Shown here: piece after piece, positions 38,489-48,474 of the stretch
Layout: each line of letters opens with the position of its first letter
Numbering within the stretch: the stretch's first letter is position 1
Assembly: GCA_046498225.1 (NCBI GenBank)
Contig: JAWOBF010000059.1
Coordinates: 32,001-96,000 of the forward strand
DNA from: Candidatus Aegiribacteria sp.
GTDB taxonomy: Bacteria; Fermentibacterota; Fermentibacteria; Fermentibacterales; JCC-6
Direction: 5' to 3'
DNA length: 64,000 bases
Notes under the pieces: model-generated
Seen by the model: the letters and a program-made list of their open reading frames with translations, nothing else
What the model was told of the DNA's origin: nothing
The model's database searches: none
Made by a program: the position numbers and the translations under genes

Positions 38489-40668
38489 GAAGGCTCATAC
38501 TCAGGGCTGTGGACTGGACCTCATCCATCGAAGCTTCCGGAGCGCAGCTTGCCGGGCTGTTCGCGGCCACGGTGATACTGCGGAACCTGCTGGAATCCAT
38601 TTCCGCGGGTCTTCTGTTCCCGGCCCCGGCCTTCGTCTTCCATTTCCCCATAGCCTACGTTTTCCCCATGCTGGGCCTTACCGCCCTTATGCACATGCTT
38701 TCAGGCTACCCGCTCCGCAGGCTGCTTCAGCTGATGGTCTTCGCCTGGACCCTTACCCTTCTTCCGCCCCTTCTGGATTTCCTTCTGGGCTCTTCCGCCG
38801 CCATAGGGTACTTCCCGCTGGACAGGAGCAACGCGTCCTTCTTCCTGCTCAACTTCTTCAATCCAGCCGTCGAACTCCAGGGAACCACCGCCGGCATCAG
38901 GATAGAGGCGGCCATAGGCTGCGTCCTGGCGGGTCTTTTCTCGTGGGCCGTGGCGGACGACAGAAGGATGGCCAGAGGAATCGGCACCACGGTCCTTTTC
39001 GCCCCCGTCTTCCTGATGTTCTTCACCTGGCCCAGTCTCGTCTACGTTCTGACCATGGACCTGTTCCCCTACGCGGGGACCCTGCAGGAGTACTACCAGT
39101 GGCACGCGGCCACCGCTCCCCACCTTACCGGATCTCTTCACTACACGGTCTTCCTGGTGGACCTGATCCCGGTTACGCTTATCCTGGCATGGTTCCACAG
39201 CAGGCTCGACCCGGAGGGGTGGCGACGGACGTACCGTTCCGCCGGGCAGAATGTCTGGACCCTTGCGGCTCCCCTGGCGGGTACCGCATGGTTCCTCTCC
39301 TCCTCACGGGGAATACTGACGTTCGCCGACGCGGTTTCCATGACGGGAGCCCTGCTGGCGGCGGTACTGATCCTCCTCTCCCGTCACGCCGGTACAGCTG
39401 CCAGGAACACCATGTGGGGAATATCCATACTGGCGGCCCTGGCGGTGGGATGGTCCACGGCTGCCCTGGCGATGCTCTGCATATCAGTGCTTATGCTGCC
39501 GGGCCCTCGAATCGTGTCCGCCTGCCTTTCAGGCGTGGCGGCATTTCTGGTGGCATCCAGCCCGGCGGGTCTGTCCTGGGGCGTTCTCTCCATTCCGGTC
39601 ATGGCGCTGTGCGCCCTTGCCGCGGTGAGCCGTTCCCGGCCGGCCGCGGCGGCGGGAGTTCTGGCCGTGGCCGCCGCTCTGGTCCTGCGGCCGCCCCCCC
39701 CCACATCGTATACGCAGTATCACAGGTGGCTGAACCTGGACATAAGCAGGAACGGCAGGCTGGATTTCACTCTTCCGGCAGCCAGGGAAACCGCCGCTTC
39801 CGGCGGGGACATGCTCAGCCTGGCCAAGGCGGAATTCGAGGAGGGCAACCCCGACCGGGCCGACTGGTGCTACCGCATGGCGCTCAGCCGGGGAGCTGAT
39901 TCCCCGGACGTGTACAGGCTGGGGCTGAAACTCGCGCTGTCACGGGGAATGGAGGACGAGTACGATGAACTGATGTCTCATGTCCTGTCAGACCCGGAGC
40001 TCATGGAAAAAATCGATGTCGGCGGTGTCATGGTCAGCAGGGCGACCATGGACAGCGACACGCTGTTCATCCGAAGAATAATGGAACTTGGCGGTCCCTC
40101 CCCCCAGCTGTACCGCGCCTTCTCCACAGCCTGCGCCGGAAGCGGGGACCACGGGAGGGCGGAGCGGTACGCCAGGGCCGCCTTGTCCCATCCCCGGGCG
40201 GGGGCGGGGGAGTACGCCTGGGCCGTACACGTAGCCGCAAGCACGGGCGGTGATTACGATTCGCTCTTCCTGAGGGGAATGGAAAGGTTCCCCGGCTCGG
40301 TGGAGATAATGGAGGCCAGGCTGAAGGCCCCCCTGACGGCCGGCCGGCCTCCGGACAGGGAAGATCTTCTGCTGGAGTGTCTGGCCCTTGCCCCGGCGTC
40401 CCCGGGGATACTAAGGACGGCGGCGCTCTGGTACGCGAGCGCCGGCAGGCCCGTAGAAGCGCTGGAGTACGCGGAACGGGCCATAGCGGCCGTGAACCAT
40501 CCCGACCTCGCCCTGCTGCGCCTCGCGTGCCGTACTGCATACGCCGCCGGTGACAGTTCCCGGTCGGCCGCCCACGCCCTCTACGGCCTGAAACTTGAAC
40601 CGGACAATGCATGGTTCCTGGAGTTCCTTGAAACGGTACAGGGACCTTCCGGGTCCTCCCCCCGATGA
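38485..40668 (+). CDS. Polytopic membrane protein with C-terminal TPR-like helical region
   Basis: About 400 aa hydrophobic N-terminal half, then Ala-rich helical repeats (AL.YAERA, L.LEPDN); ATGA overlap with the previous gene. Confidence 0.7.
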   Translation: MRRLILRAVDWTSSIEASGAQLAGLFAATVILRNLLESISAGLLFPAPAFVFHFPIAYVFPMLGLTALMHMLSGYPLRRLLQLMVFAWTLTLLPPLLDFLLGSSAAIGYFPLDRSNASFFLLNFFNPAVELQGTTAGIRIEAAIGCVLAGLFSWAVADDRRMARGIGTTVLFAPVFLMFFTWPSLVYVLTMDLFPYAGTLQEYYQWHAATAPHLTGSLHYTVFLVDLIPVTLILAWFHSRLDPEGWRRTYRSAGQNVWTLAAPLAGTAWFLSSSRGILTFADAVSMTGALLAAVLILLSRHAGTAARNTMWGISILAALAVGWSTAALAMLCISVLMLPGPRIVSACLSGVAAFLVASSPAGLSWGVLSIPVMALCALAAVSRSRPAAAAGVLAVAAALVLRPPPPTSYTQYHRWLNLDISRNGRLDFTLPAARETAASGGDMLSLAKAEFEEGNPDRADWCYRMALSRGADSPDVYRLGLKLALSRGMEDEYDELMSHVLSDPELMEKIDVGGVMVSRATMDSDTLFIRRIMELGGPSPQLYRAFSTACAGSGDHGRAERYARAALSHPRAGAGEYAWAVHVAASTGGDYDSLFLRGMERFPGSVEIMEARLKAPLTAGRPPDREDLLLECLALAPASPGILRTAALWYASAGRPVEALEYAERAIAAVNHPDLALLRLACRTAYAAGDSSRSAAHALYGLKLEPDNAWFLEFLETVQGPSGSSPR

Positions 40669-40669
40669 A

Positions 40670-42157
40670 GTGAACCGCTCACACTTCGCGCTCTTCGCGC
40701 TTGCCTTGTCCGTCTTCATTGGCGGGCTGGCGCTCATTTCCGGTCCCGGGTCCTTCGATTTCATCGATGGGACCGAGTTCGTCATCTGCGGAAGGAGCCT
40801 TCAGCTGCCTCATCCGCCGGGATACCCCCTGTACATATTCTTCCTCAGGGTATTCGCCCTCGCGGCCCCCTGCGCCAGGCTGGACTACTCCTGCTTCCGT
40901 CTGTTCTCCGCCCTGACCGCCGGGGCCGGGGCCGGGGCCGCCTGCTTCGCTCTCAGGAGCTTCCGTGTCAGCAGGGCCGGCGCCCTGGCCGGAAGCGTGC
41001 TGCTTTTCACGACGGGGCCGGTCCTGGCTCAGATCAACGTAGTCGAGGTGCATGGTTTCGCCATACTGCTGGCCCTCCTGGCCATCGGCCTGAGGAACAC
41101 GCCCTCCGGCCCCTATATGTTCTCGATGTCGCTGTTCGCCGGCCACCCGGTCTCATTTTTCCTGTTTCCCTCCGTCCTGTCCGCCAGATTCAGGGAGAGA
41201 TGGCTGCTGGCGGCCTTCATTCCCCTCTCCCTGTGGCTGTTCATACCTCTGAGATCCGCCTTTCCGGGCCTCTGCCACTATTCCGCTCCGGCCACCGCGT
41301 TTTCGGTATGGAGGTACCTGACCCTCTACGGGTCGAGGCTCACCCTGCCCGCGGCCAGGGGGCTGGAAGCTCTGGTCAGGGATACCGGCGCCATTCCCCT
41401 GATGGTCATGGCCGGACTGGCCCTCTATTCCCGAAGGTGGTCCTGGAAACTGTTCCTCAGCCTTGCGGGGTCTCTTCTCTTCGTCTCCTCATATTCCATT
41501 CCCGATACCGGCAGTATCCTGTGGACGGTGATCATCCCGCTGGGGATCTGGGCCTCCCTGGGCCTGGCCAGGATGCTGGGCGGCGGCCGGTGGAGGAGAG
41601 CCGCGGCGGCGGCTCTCCTGGCGGTCTCCATATCCGCCGGGGTATCCCTGGCATGGCGGAGGGGCGATACCTCAGCGAAGGTGATCGCGGAGGACTACCT
41701 GCGGGGTGCCGCGCCTGGTTCCGCTTTCGTTACGGCGGGGATGAGCACTTTCCATACCGCGTACCTTCTCGAGGTGGATGACAGGAGACCCGACCTGCTC
41801 CCGCTGGACATCCATCGCTGTTTCTTCAGGGTCCCGCCGCCGGACCCTCTTCCGGCGAGGATCAATGGAAGGACGGTATTCGCCGTAAGGGGCTGGTATG
41901 AGCCCGAGCTGGAACTCAGCGGCCTGCTCTTCAGCCCCGGTCGTCGCCGGGTGGACTGGAACATCTTCGAGGCGTTCCGCTACAGCGGCGGGGTGCACGA
42001 GCCGTTCGCCCGGGATGAGATGGCGGAACTGTGGGCCAGAAGGGGGATACAGACCGATGACGCGGATGAGAGGGAAGCCTGCCTGCGGAAGGCCATGGAG
42101 TGGGCAGCCGGTGAAATGACCCGCAACAGGATAAGGACCATCTTTGAAATCTACTGA
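40670..42157 (+). CDS. DUF2723 / TMEM260-like GT-C membrane glycosyltransferase
   Basis: D.TEF......L.LPHPPGYPLY and EVH motifs, many TMs, RPDL. Probable GTG start at 40670. Confidence 0.8.
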   Translation: MNRSHFALFALALSVFIGGLALISGPGSFDFIDGTEFVICGRSLQLPHPPGYPLYIFFLRVFALAAPCARLDYSCFRLFSALTAGAGAGAACFALRSFRVSRAGALAGSVLLFTTGPVLAQINVVEVHGFAILLALLAIGLRNTPSGPYMFSMSLFAGHPVSFFLFPSVLSARFRERWLLAAFIPLSLWLFIPLRSAFPGLCHYSAPATAFSVWRYLTLYGSRLTLPAARGLEALVRDTGAIPLMVMAGLALYSRRWSWKLFLSLAGSLLFVSSYSIPDTGSILWTVIIPLGIWASLGLARMLGGGRWRRAAAAALLAVSISAGVSLAWRRGDTSAKVIAEDYLRGAAPGSAFVTAGMSTFHTAYLLEVDDRRPDLLPLDIHRCFFRVPPPDPLPARINGRTVFAVRGWYEPELELSGLLFSPGRRRVDWNIFEAFRYSGGVHEPFARDEMAELWARRGIQTDDADEREACLRKAMEWAAGEMTRNRIRTIFEIY

Positions 42158-44591
42158 CAGGGCCACCGCCACCGCCGGGGAAAAACTGATACTGGCCGTG
42201 TTCCTTGCGGTCTGCGCTCTCTACAGCCTGACTCCCGTTCACAACGGCAATTTCTTCTGGCACCTGAGGAACGGCGAGGATATCCTGGAAACCGGAACCA
42301 TCAGGACCGCCGACCCCTTCACCTGGACCCGCTGCGGCGAGACCTGGCTGCAGCAGGAATGGGTGGCGGAAGTGATGTTCGCCGTCTCCTGGAAAACAGC
42401 GGGAGAGGCGGGTCCTGTAATATTCAAGGCGCTGGTCATCGTTATGGCGGCCTTTCTCGTCTCCATGGCCGCGGTCAGAAGGGGAGCCTCCATCCCGGCC
42501 GTTGTGGTCACCGGGCTCCTGTGGTTCGCCCTGAGCCATGGAAGATGGATAGTCAGACCCCACATCATATCGATACTGATGTTCAGCCTTTACCTCTACC
42601 TCATGGCCGGGGGCACAGGCGGATTCCTCTCCACGCTGGCCGTATTCCTGCCGCTCCAGATCATCTGGACGAACGCTCACGCCGGTTTCATCATGGGATG
42701 GTTCCTGCTGGGCATCCCGCTTCTGGACAGCGTTCTCGCCCGCAGACCGCGGAGTGCGCTGGAACGGGGCGGAATCCTTGCGGCTGTCGTTCTCTCTGCG
42801 GGAGTGCATCCCAACGGATTCGGCTCGGTCACCTACATAACCGATTTTCTCTCCCGTCCCCTGTTCAGGGAAACCATCAGGGAATGGTGGAGCCCCTTCC
42901 ACCCCATGTACCATCCGGGACAGGAGATATCCACCACCGCCGTACTGCTGGTGGTGCTCCTGGCTGCCACGTGGACCCTTGTGCTCGCTAGAAGGAGGAA
43001 GATAGGTGCTTCAAGGATGCTGGCCCTCGCCGCTCTCTCGGCCGCGTCCCTCCTTTCCAGCCGCAACATCGACTTCCTTGCCCTGGCCGCCCTGGCATGG
43101 GTTTCTCCTCTTCTGGGAAGGGTCCGCCTCCGCATACCGGCCATCCTTCTGGCCGCCGCGGCGGCGGTGCCGTTCCTGACAGGCGTACCGAGGGAATTCG
43201 GTCCGCCCCGCCGGCCGGGAGTGGGGGTGGACTGGTCGATCTACCCGCGCCGCCTCACGGAATTCCTCAGGCAGAACCCGGAGCTTCTTCAGGCAAGGGT
43301 CTTCAACACCAACGAGATATCCGGTTACCTTCAGTACGTGATGGGCGAAGACCTCCCGCTGTACATGGACGGCCGGTGCCATCTTTTCACGGAAAACCTC
43401 TACGCCGAGTACCTGCTGCTGACGTACGCAGGACCGGAGGACGCTCCCCGGGTGATGAACGTTCTGGACGGACGGGGCATCCAGCTGGCCCTCTACGACT
43501 GGCCGCGGACAGATGGGTCCTCTGCCTACATTCTCTCGGCCAGTCCCGACTGGGAACCGGTCTACTGGGACAGCATCACCGTGGTATACGGCAGAGCGAG
43601 CTGGCTGGAGGAGGCGGGGTTCAGGGGACAGGTCTTCACCGTGGTCGATCCCCTCTCTCCCCTGATGCTGCTGGAAACACCCTACTACCTGATGCCGTCC
43701 TCGCTGCGGGAGGAGCTTGTGACCGCGGCATCCTCTCCCATGAACTACCAGCCCGCCATACCCCCCGCGGCGGCACTCCTGCAGACCGCGGGAGAAACGC
43801 CCGACACCCTGCCCTTCGTCATTCGAAGCGACAGCATGAGGTCCGGCCTGGAAAACGCCCTGGGGGGAAGGGAACCCTGTATAGAGGACCCCAGGCTCAG
43901 GGTCATACAGTCCTGGGCCCTGGCCGGGGCCGGCGAATACACCGCTGCCATGGACGCGGCGGTCGGCTCCGGGGACGCGATGCTCCTCAGCTGCCTGGCT
44001 GTCCTGCATGAGGAGGGAACCTCCGCTGCGGGAGCGGCGGTAAACCGTGTGCCGCCCCTGATGGTTCCTCCTCCGGCCTGGGCGGGATACCTGTCCGGAG
44101 AGGTTTCACCGGGGGATTCCTGCGTGATCGAGGCGTCGGCCCTGTTCGTGGCGGGCATGAGGGACAGGGCGCTCGATTCGGTTAGAACGATACTGGACCG
44201 GGAGATGGAGCTTCAGCCATGGGGATTGTCCGTATCCGGAGGGCTGGCCGCCCTGCACGGTCTGGATTCCCTGGCGGTGGCCCTGGGAGATTCGGCGGTG
44301 TCCATGAACACCAATCCATACACTCTGCTGATAATGGGGAAGATAGAGGGTATAACGGGGGACAGGCGGAGTGCCGTGGAAACTCTGAGCCGCAGCCTTT
44401 CAATCTCGCCGGTGTACCACGAAGCGCGCATACAAAGGGCCGGGTACCTGTGGATGGAGGGCCGGCTGGAGGAAGCGATGGAAGACTACCGCTTGCTGGA
44501 AGAACTGAATTATCTTACACCTGCCGCTGAATCCCTGCTCGAGTGGGGAGAATATCTGACGAGACCTTTACCGGCGGCCAGTAAAAAATAG
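42144..44591 (+). CDS. GT-C-like polytopic membrane protein with C-terminal TPR
   Basis: FWHL.NG..I, DPFTWT, EW, RPH, W.N.H.GF..G, IREW, MDGR; TPR-like tail. Confidence 0.7.
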   Translation: MKSTDRATATAGEKLILAVFLAVCALYSLTPVHNGNFFWHLRNGEDILETGTIRTADPFTWTRCGETWLQQEWVAEVMFAVSWKTAGEAGPVIFKALVIVMAAFLVSMAAVRRGASIPAVVVTGLLWFALSHGRWIVRPHIISILMFSLYLYLMAGGTGGFLSTLAVFLPLQIIWTNAHAGFIMGWFLLGIPLLDSVLARRPRSALERGGILAAVVLSAGVHPNGFGSVTYITDFLSRPLFRETIREWWSPFHPMYHPGQEISTTAVLLVVLLAATWTLVLARRRKIGASRMLALAALSAASLLSSRNIDFLALAALAWVSPLLGRVRLRIPAILLAAAAAVPFLTGVPREFGPPRRPGVGVDWSIYPRRLTEFLRQNPELLQARVFNTNEISGYLQYVMGEDLPLYMDGRCHLFTENLYAEYLLLTYAGPEDAPRVMNVLDGRGIQLALYDWPRTDGSSAYILSASPDWEPVYWDSITVVYGRASWLEEAGFRGQVFTVVDPLSPLMLLETPYYLMPSSLREELVTAASSPMNYQPAIPPAAALLQTAGETPDTLPFVIRSDSMRSGLENALGGREPCIEDPRLRVIQSWALAGAGEYTAAMDAAVGSGDAMLLSCLAVLHEEGTSAAGAAVNRVPPLMVPPPAWAGYLSGEVSPGDSCVIEASALFVAGMRDRALDSVRTILDREMELQPWGLSVSGGLAALHGLDSLAVALGDSAVSMNTNPYTLLIMGKIEGITGDRRSAVETLSRSLSISPVYHEARIQRAGYLWMEGRLEEAMEDYRLLEELNYLTPAAESLLEWGEYLTRPLPAASKK

Positions 44592-44630
44592 ACGAACCTT
44601 CAGCTTTCACATCTACGAGGGGATAACATA

Positions 44631-46166
44631 ATGTCCATAATGAATTCGGTGAATGACTTTCTCAACCTGCTCTCCCGCAAACTCAAGGGCGGGGGTGATA
44701 CCGCCATCGAAAAGCAGAAAAAGAAGGGCAAGCACACAGCCAGGGAGAGGGTGGAGGACCTTCTTCTCGACCGGGACTCCTTCCTGGAGATAGACCTTTT
44801 CGTGGAGCATTCCGTGAAGGATTTCGGCATGGACAGGAAGGACCTGGCCGGTGATGGCGTCATAACCGGCTACGGAAAGGTGGACGAAAAACCTGTAGCC
44901 GTGTTCGCCCAGGATTTCACCGTGGCCGGAGGTTCCCTCGGCAGAGCCCATTCGAAGAAGATAGTCAAGGTGATGGACGGAGCCTTCAACGCGGGGATAC
45001 CGCTGATCGGAATAAACGACTCCGGCGGCGCCCGAATACAGGAGGGAGTGGAATCCCTCTGCGGCTACGGTGAGATATTCTACCGGAACACCAAGCTCAG
45101 CGGCAGGGTCCCCCAGGTATCGGTGATCCTCGGCCCCTGTGCGGGAGGAGCCGTCTATTCCCCCGCTCTCACAGATTTCGTTTTCGTGGTGGACCGCATC
45201 TCCAACATGTTCATCACCGGTCCCCAGGTGATAAAGACGGTCCTCGGCGAGGAAGTAACCCAGGAGGAGCTGGGGGGAGCCATGACCCACGCTTCCATCA
45301 CCGGCAACGCCCACTTCTACTCCAGGAGCGAAAGGGAAGCTTTCGACACCCTGAAGAAGCTTCTCTCCTTCCTGCCTCCCAATTCGGACGAGAAACCGCC
45401 GGTGTGGAAGCCTATCCCGCCGGACGATCCTCTGGGGGACGACGTGATCCCGGACAACCGGCGCCAGGCGTACTGCGTAAAGGAGATAATCAGGGGTATA
45501 GTGGACAGCTCCGATTTTCTCGAGGTGCATGAACATTACGCCAGGAACATGGTGGTTGGATTCGCCAGGCTCGCCGGAAGGTCCATCGGAATAGTGGCCA
45601 ATCAGCCCAGGGTGCTGGCGGGAGTTCTTGACGTGAACGCCTCGGACAAGGCAGCGCGCTTCATCAGGTTCTGTGATTCGTTCAATATCCCCCTGCTCAC
45701 CATGGTGGATACTCCCGGCTACCTTCCGGGGGTGGACCAGGAGCACTCCGGGGTCATCAGACACGGAGCGAAGGTCCTTTACGCGTACAGCGAGGCTACC
45801 GTGCCGAAGATGACGCTTATAATGAGGAAAGCTTACGGCGGAGCCTACATAGCGATGTGCAGCAGGCACCTCGGCGCCGATTTCGTCGCTTCCTGGCCCT
45901 GCGGCGAGATAGCGGTGATGGGCCCCGAGGGCGCGGCGAACATCATCTTCCGCAGAGAGATAGCGGCCGCCGAAGACCCCGAGGCCTGCAGGCGGGAGAA
46001 GGTAAGGGAGTACGAGGAGAAGTTCGCCAACCCCTATGTGGCGGCCAAGAAGGGCTACGTAGACACGATCATCAGGTCCAGCGAGACCAGGGACACCATC
46101 ATCAAGGCGCTTTCCATGGTGGATCAGTCCCGTACCGGCAGGTCTCACGGGAACATTCCTCTTTAG
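44631..46166 (+). CDS. Acyl-CoA carboxylase/decarboxylase carboxyltransferase subunit (PccB/MmdA-like)
   Basis: TARER, QDFTV.GGSLG, DSGGARIQEG, GPCAGGAVY, RKAYGGAY, HGNIPL. Confidence 0.95.
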   Translation: MSIMNSVNDFLNLLSRKLKGGGDTAIEKQKKKGKHTARERVEDLLLDRDSFLEIDLFVEHSVKDFGMDRKDLAGDGVITGYGKVDEKPVAVFAQDFTVAGGSLGRAHSKKIVKVMDGAFNAGIPLIGINDSGGARIQEGVESLCGYGEIFYRNTKLSGRVPQVSVILGPCAGGAVYSPALTDFVFVVDRISNMFITGPQVIKTVLGEEVTQEELGGAMTHASITGNAHFYSRSEREAFDTLKKLLSFLPPNSDEKPPVWKPIPPDDPLGDDVIPDNRRQAYCVKEIIRGIVDSSDFLEVHEHYARNMVVGFARLAGRSIGIVANQPRVLAGVLDVNASDKAARFIRFCDSFNIPLLTMVDTPGYLPGVDQEHSGVIRHGAKVLYAYSEATVPKMTLIMRKAYGGAYIAMCSRHLGADFVASWPCGEIAVMGPEGAANIIFRREIAAAEDPEACRREKVREYEEKFANPYVAAKKGYVDTIIRSSETRDTIIKALSMVDQSRTGRSHGNIPL

Positions 46167-46175
46167 GGGGCATCA

Positions 46176-46490
46176 ATGACAGACGAACTTGACCGGCTCA
46201 CGGTCGACGGTACGGATTACACTACCGAGGTCCCGGAGAACAGCATCACTTCATATCAGGGCATTCCCGACCCCACGGAGATCAGGGCCTTCATACCCGG
46301 AACCATAGTGGACGTAAGGGTGAGCTCGGACGACATGGTCAGGCCGGGGAATGTTCTTCTCCTGCTTGACGCCATGAAGATGCACAACGAGATATGCTCC
46401 GGCATATCCGGCCGGGTGCGGGAGGTCCATGTGAAAACCGGCGATACCGTGGTCAAGGACCAGCTGCTGGTCTCGCTGAGAAAGGGTTAA
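46176..46490 (+). CDS. Biotin carboxyl carrier protein
   Basis: IPGTI and AMKM biotinylation motif (DAMKM). Confidence 0.9.
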   Translation: MTDELDRLTVDGTDYTTEVPENSITSYQGIPDPTEIRAFIPGTIVDVRVSSDDMVRPGNVLLLLDAMKMHNEICSGISGRVREVHVKTGDTVVKDQLLVSLRKG

Positions 46491-46520
46491 AAAGAGGGGG
46501 AAAGCGAAAAGCCTTCCCCC
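46489..46520 (-). terminator. Rho-independent terminator between convergent genes
   Basis: Minus strand GGGGGAAGGC-TTTTC-GCTTTCCCCC followed by TCTTTTT. Confidence 0.75.
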
Positions 46521-46543
46521 ACTTCACACGCAGCTGTACGGTA

Positions 46544-47863
46544 TCAGCTTCCCGATTCCAGCTCTTCCGCCGTCTCCATAGCCTCTATGGCGTCGGTCCT
46601 TCTGCCCAGACGGCTGTAGGTGCTGGCAAGGTAGCGCCACCAGCTCGCCCTCTCCGGCTCGAACTGAAGGGCTGTCTCCAAGGCGGCGGCGGCCTCCTCG
46701 TCCATTTCCAGCCTGTTGTAGTTCGCGTAGAGGGAATAGTAGGCGTTGGCTATCTGCTCGGGGGTGAGCCCCTGAATGTCCAGAGCCGCCTGCAGCTCCG
46801 AGATAGCCTCATGGTAGTCCTCCATCACGAAATTGGCGTGGGCCATGGAGGCCAGGATGATGTAATCATCGCCGATGAGTTCCCTGGCCTGGCTCAGCTG
46901 GTCTATAGCCTGCCCGTACTCTTCCATCTCAATGAAGGCGTAACCCTTGGAGACCATGATGTTGGCCTTGAGGTTGCGTCCCTCTTCCGGCTCCAGCCAC
47001 CCCTCCGACATCCCCAGCTCGATATTCTCGATGGTTTCGTCGTAGATGTCCAGTGCCGCCCGGTAGTTTTCCTCTACCATGAACACAGCGGCCAGGGCGT
47101 CCAGGACGTCGACGCTGGTGGGATCCACTTCCAGCGCCTCCTGGTAGGCCTCCCGTGCCTGCTGCACGTAAGCCGCCGTCTGGTCATCGTCCGCGTCCAG
47201 CGCCATCATGGTCAGGACGCTTCCGGTGTTGAAGAGCGAGGAGATGAGGATGTCCTCCGCCTGCTGCAGTGACTGGGCATAGAATTCCAGCTCGTACTGG
47301 TCGCTGGTCTGGTCCATCTGCTCCTGAAGGTCCGCCACCAGGTCACGAGCCTTCGCCGATGATGTGGTGAAATCATCCAGGGCCGCCTGAAGGTCGTCAT
47401 TGACATTGAGTTCAATGTCTCCCAGCATCAGCTGGAAATCCGGCCTCCGGGGAGCAACTTCCATCCCCGCCTCCAGCATCTCGACGGCGGCTCCTATGTC
47501 GCCTTCGTTCAGCGTGTTGGCAGCGCTGTTGAAGAAGGTGAACCAGTATTCGTTCACCGCCATTTCTTCGGTGGCGCCCATGCGGTGTGCTTTCAGGAAC
47601 GATTCTGCCGCATCCGTCCACTGGTTCATCTCTGTGAGGGCCTTCCCCCTCCAGAACCAGACCTCGGGGTTCAGCGAGTCGCCATCGGCGATGATGCTGT
47701 CAGCCAGAAGGACGACCTCCTGGTACTCCTGGTTCTGCATGTGCACCTTCATGCCGGTTACGGCGGGTGAACTGCAGCCCGCCAGCAGCGCCGCTGCAAG
47801 GGCCGCGGTCAGAACGAGTTTCAATCTAAGGTTTGTCTCAGGCAAAACGTATCCTCCATTCAT
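46544..47863 (-). CDS. TPR-repeat lipoprotein
   Basis: Lipobox LAGC and multiple TPR-like helical repeats. Confidence 0.85.
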   Translation of the reverse strand: MNGGYVLPETNLRLKLVLTAALAAALLAGCSSPAVTGMKVHMQNQEYQEVVLLADSIIADGDSLNPEVWFWRGKALTEMNQWTDAAESFLKAHRMGATEEMAVNEYWFTFFNSAANTLNEGDIGAAVEMLEAGMEVAPRRPDFQLMLGDIELNVNDDLQAALDDFTTSSAKARDLVADLQEQMDQTSDQYELEFYAQSLQQAEDILISSLFNTGSVLTMMALDADDDQTAAYVQQAREAYQEALEVDPTSVDVLDALAAVFMVEENYRAALDIYDETIENIELGMSEGWLEPEEGRNLKANIMVSKGYAFIEMEEYGQAIDQLSQARELIGDDYIILASMAHANFVMEDYHEAISELQAALDIQGLTPEQIANAYYSLYANYNRLEMDEEAAAALETALQFEPERASWWRYLASTYSRLGRRTDAIEAMETAEELESGS

Positions 47864-47899
47864 AGGGTGTATTCATTGGAAATAGCGGTGTAGATATCA

Positions 47900-47959
47900 A
47901 ATCTGCCGCATTATGAGCTTGAAGTCAATATTGACATCATCCCCTCCCCGCTTCAGTTT
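47900..47959. promoter_or_regulatory. Back-to-back candidate promoters
   Basis: Plus strand: TTGACA(47931)-17-CAGTTT. Minus strand: TTGACT(47928)-17-CAGATT. Confidence 0.45.
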
Positions 47960-47967
47960 ACCGTCCG

Positions 47968-48474
47968 ATGGAGGTCCTGTATATGGTCAGCCTTTTGGAG
48001 TGCTTTCGACCGTTCCTGAGCATACTCGCCGTCTCGTGGAGCGCGGTGATGGTCCCCGAGGCGGACGTCTCCGGAGAGAGGGTGAGGGAGGCCGTCATCC
48101 TCATCGACTGCCAGACTGTTGTGTTCCTGGAGAACGGCCGTGAAGTGAACCTAGCCCTGGTCTCCACCGGAAGGGCCGGTCACGATACTCCGGTGGGTGA
48201 GTTCGAGGTGCTGTACAGGAGAAGGGCCCCGGTATCCAGCTCCTACAATATCAGGATGCCCTACTGGCTGTGCATAGAACCTTCCGGGCAGATAGGACTC
48301 CACCAGACGTTTCTCTCGGGAACCAACCTGCTGGGAACGAGGCAGTCCCACGGCTGCGTGAGAATGGGTGAGATAACCGCCCGATGGAGCTACGACTGGC
48401 TCGAAGTGGGCTCACGCGTGAGCATCAGGGCCTCGAGCCCCGGGAACGTCGTCAATTCCCGTCGGCTTCGCTAG
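47968..48474 (+). CDS. L,D-transpeptidase (YkuD family)
   Basis: VSTG, TP.G.F, MPY, H...SHGCVR. Confidence 0.92.
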   Translation: MEVLYMVSLLECFRPFLSILAVSWSAVMVPEADVSGERVREAVILIDCQTVVFLENGREVNLALVSTGRAGHDTPVGEFEVLYRRRAPVSSSYNIRMPYWLCIEPSGQIGLHQTFLSGTNLLGTRQSHGCVRMGEITARWSYDWLEVGSRVSIRASSPGNVVNSRRLR

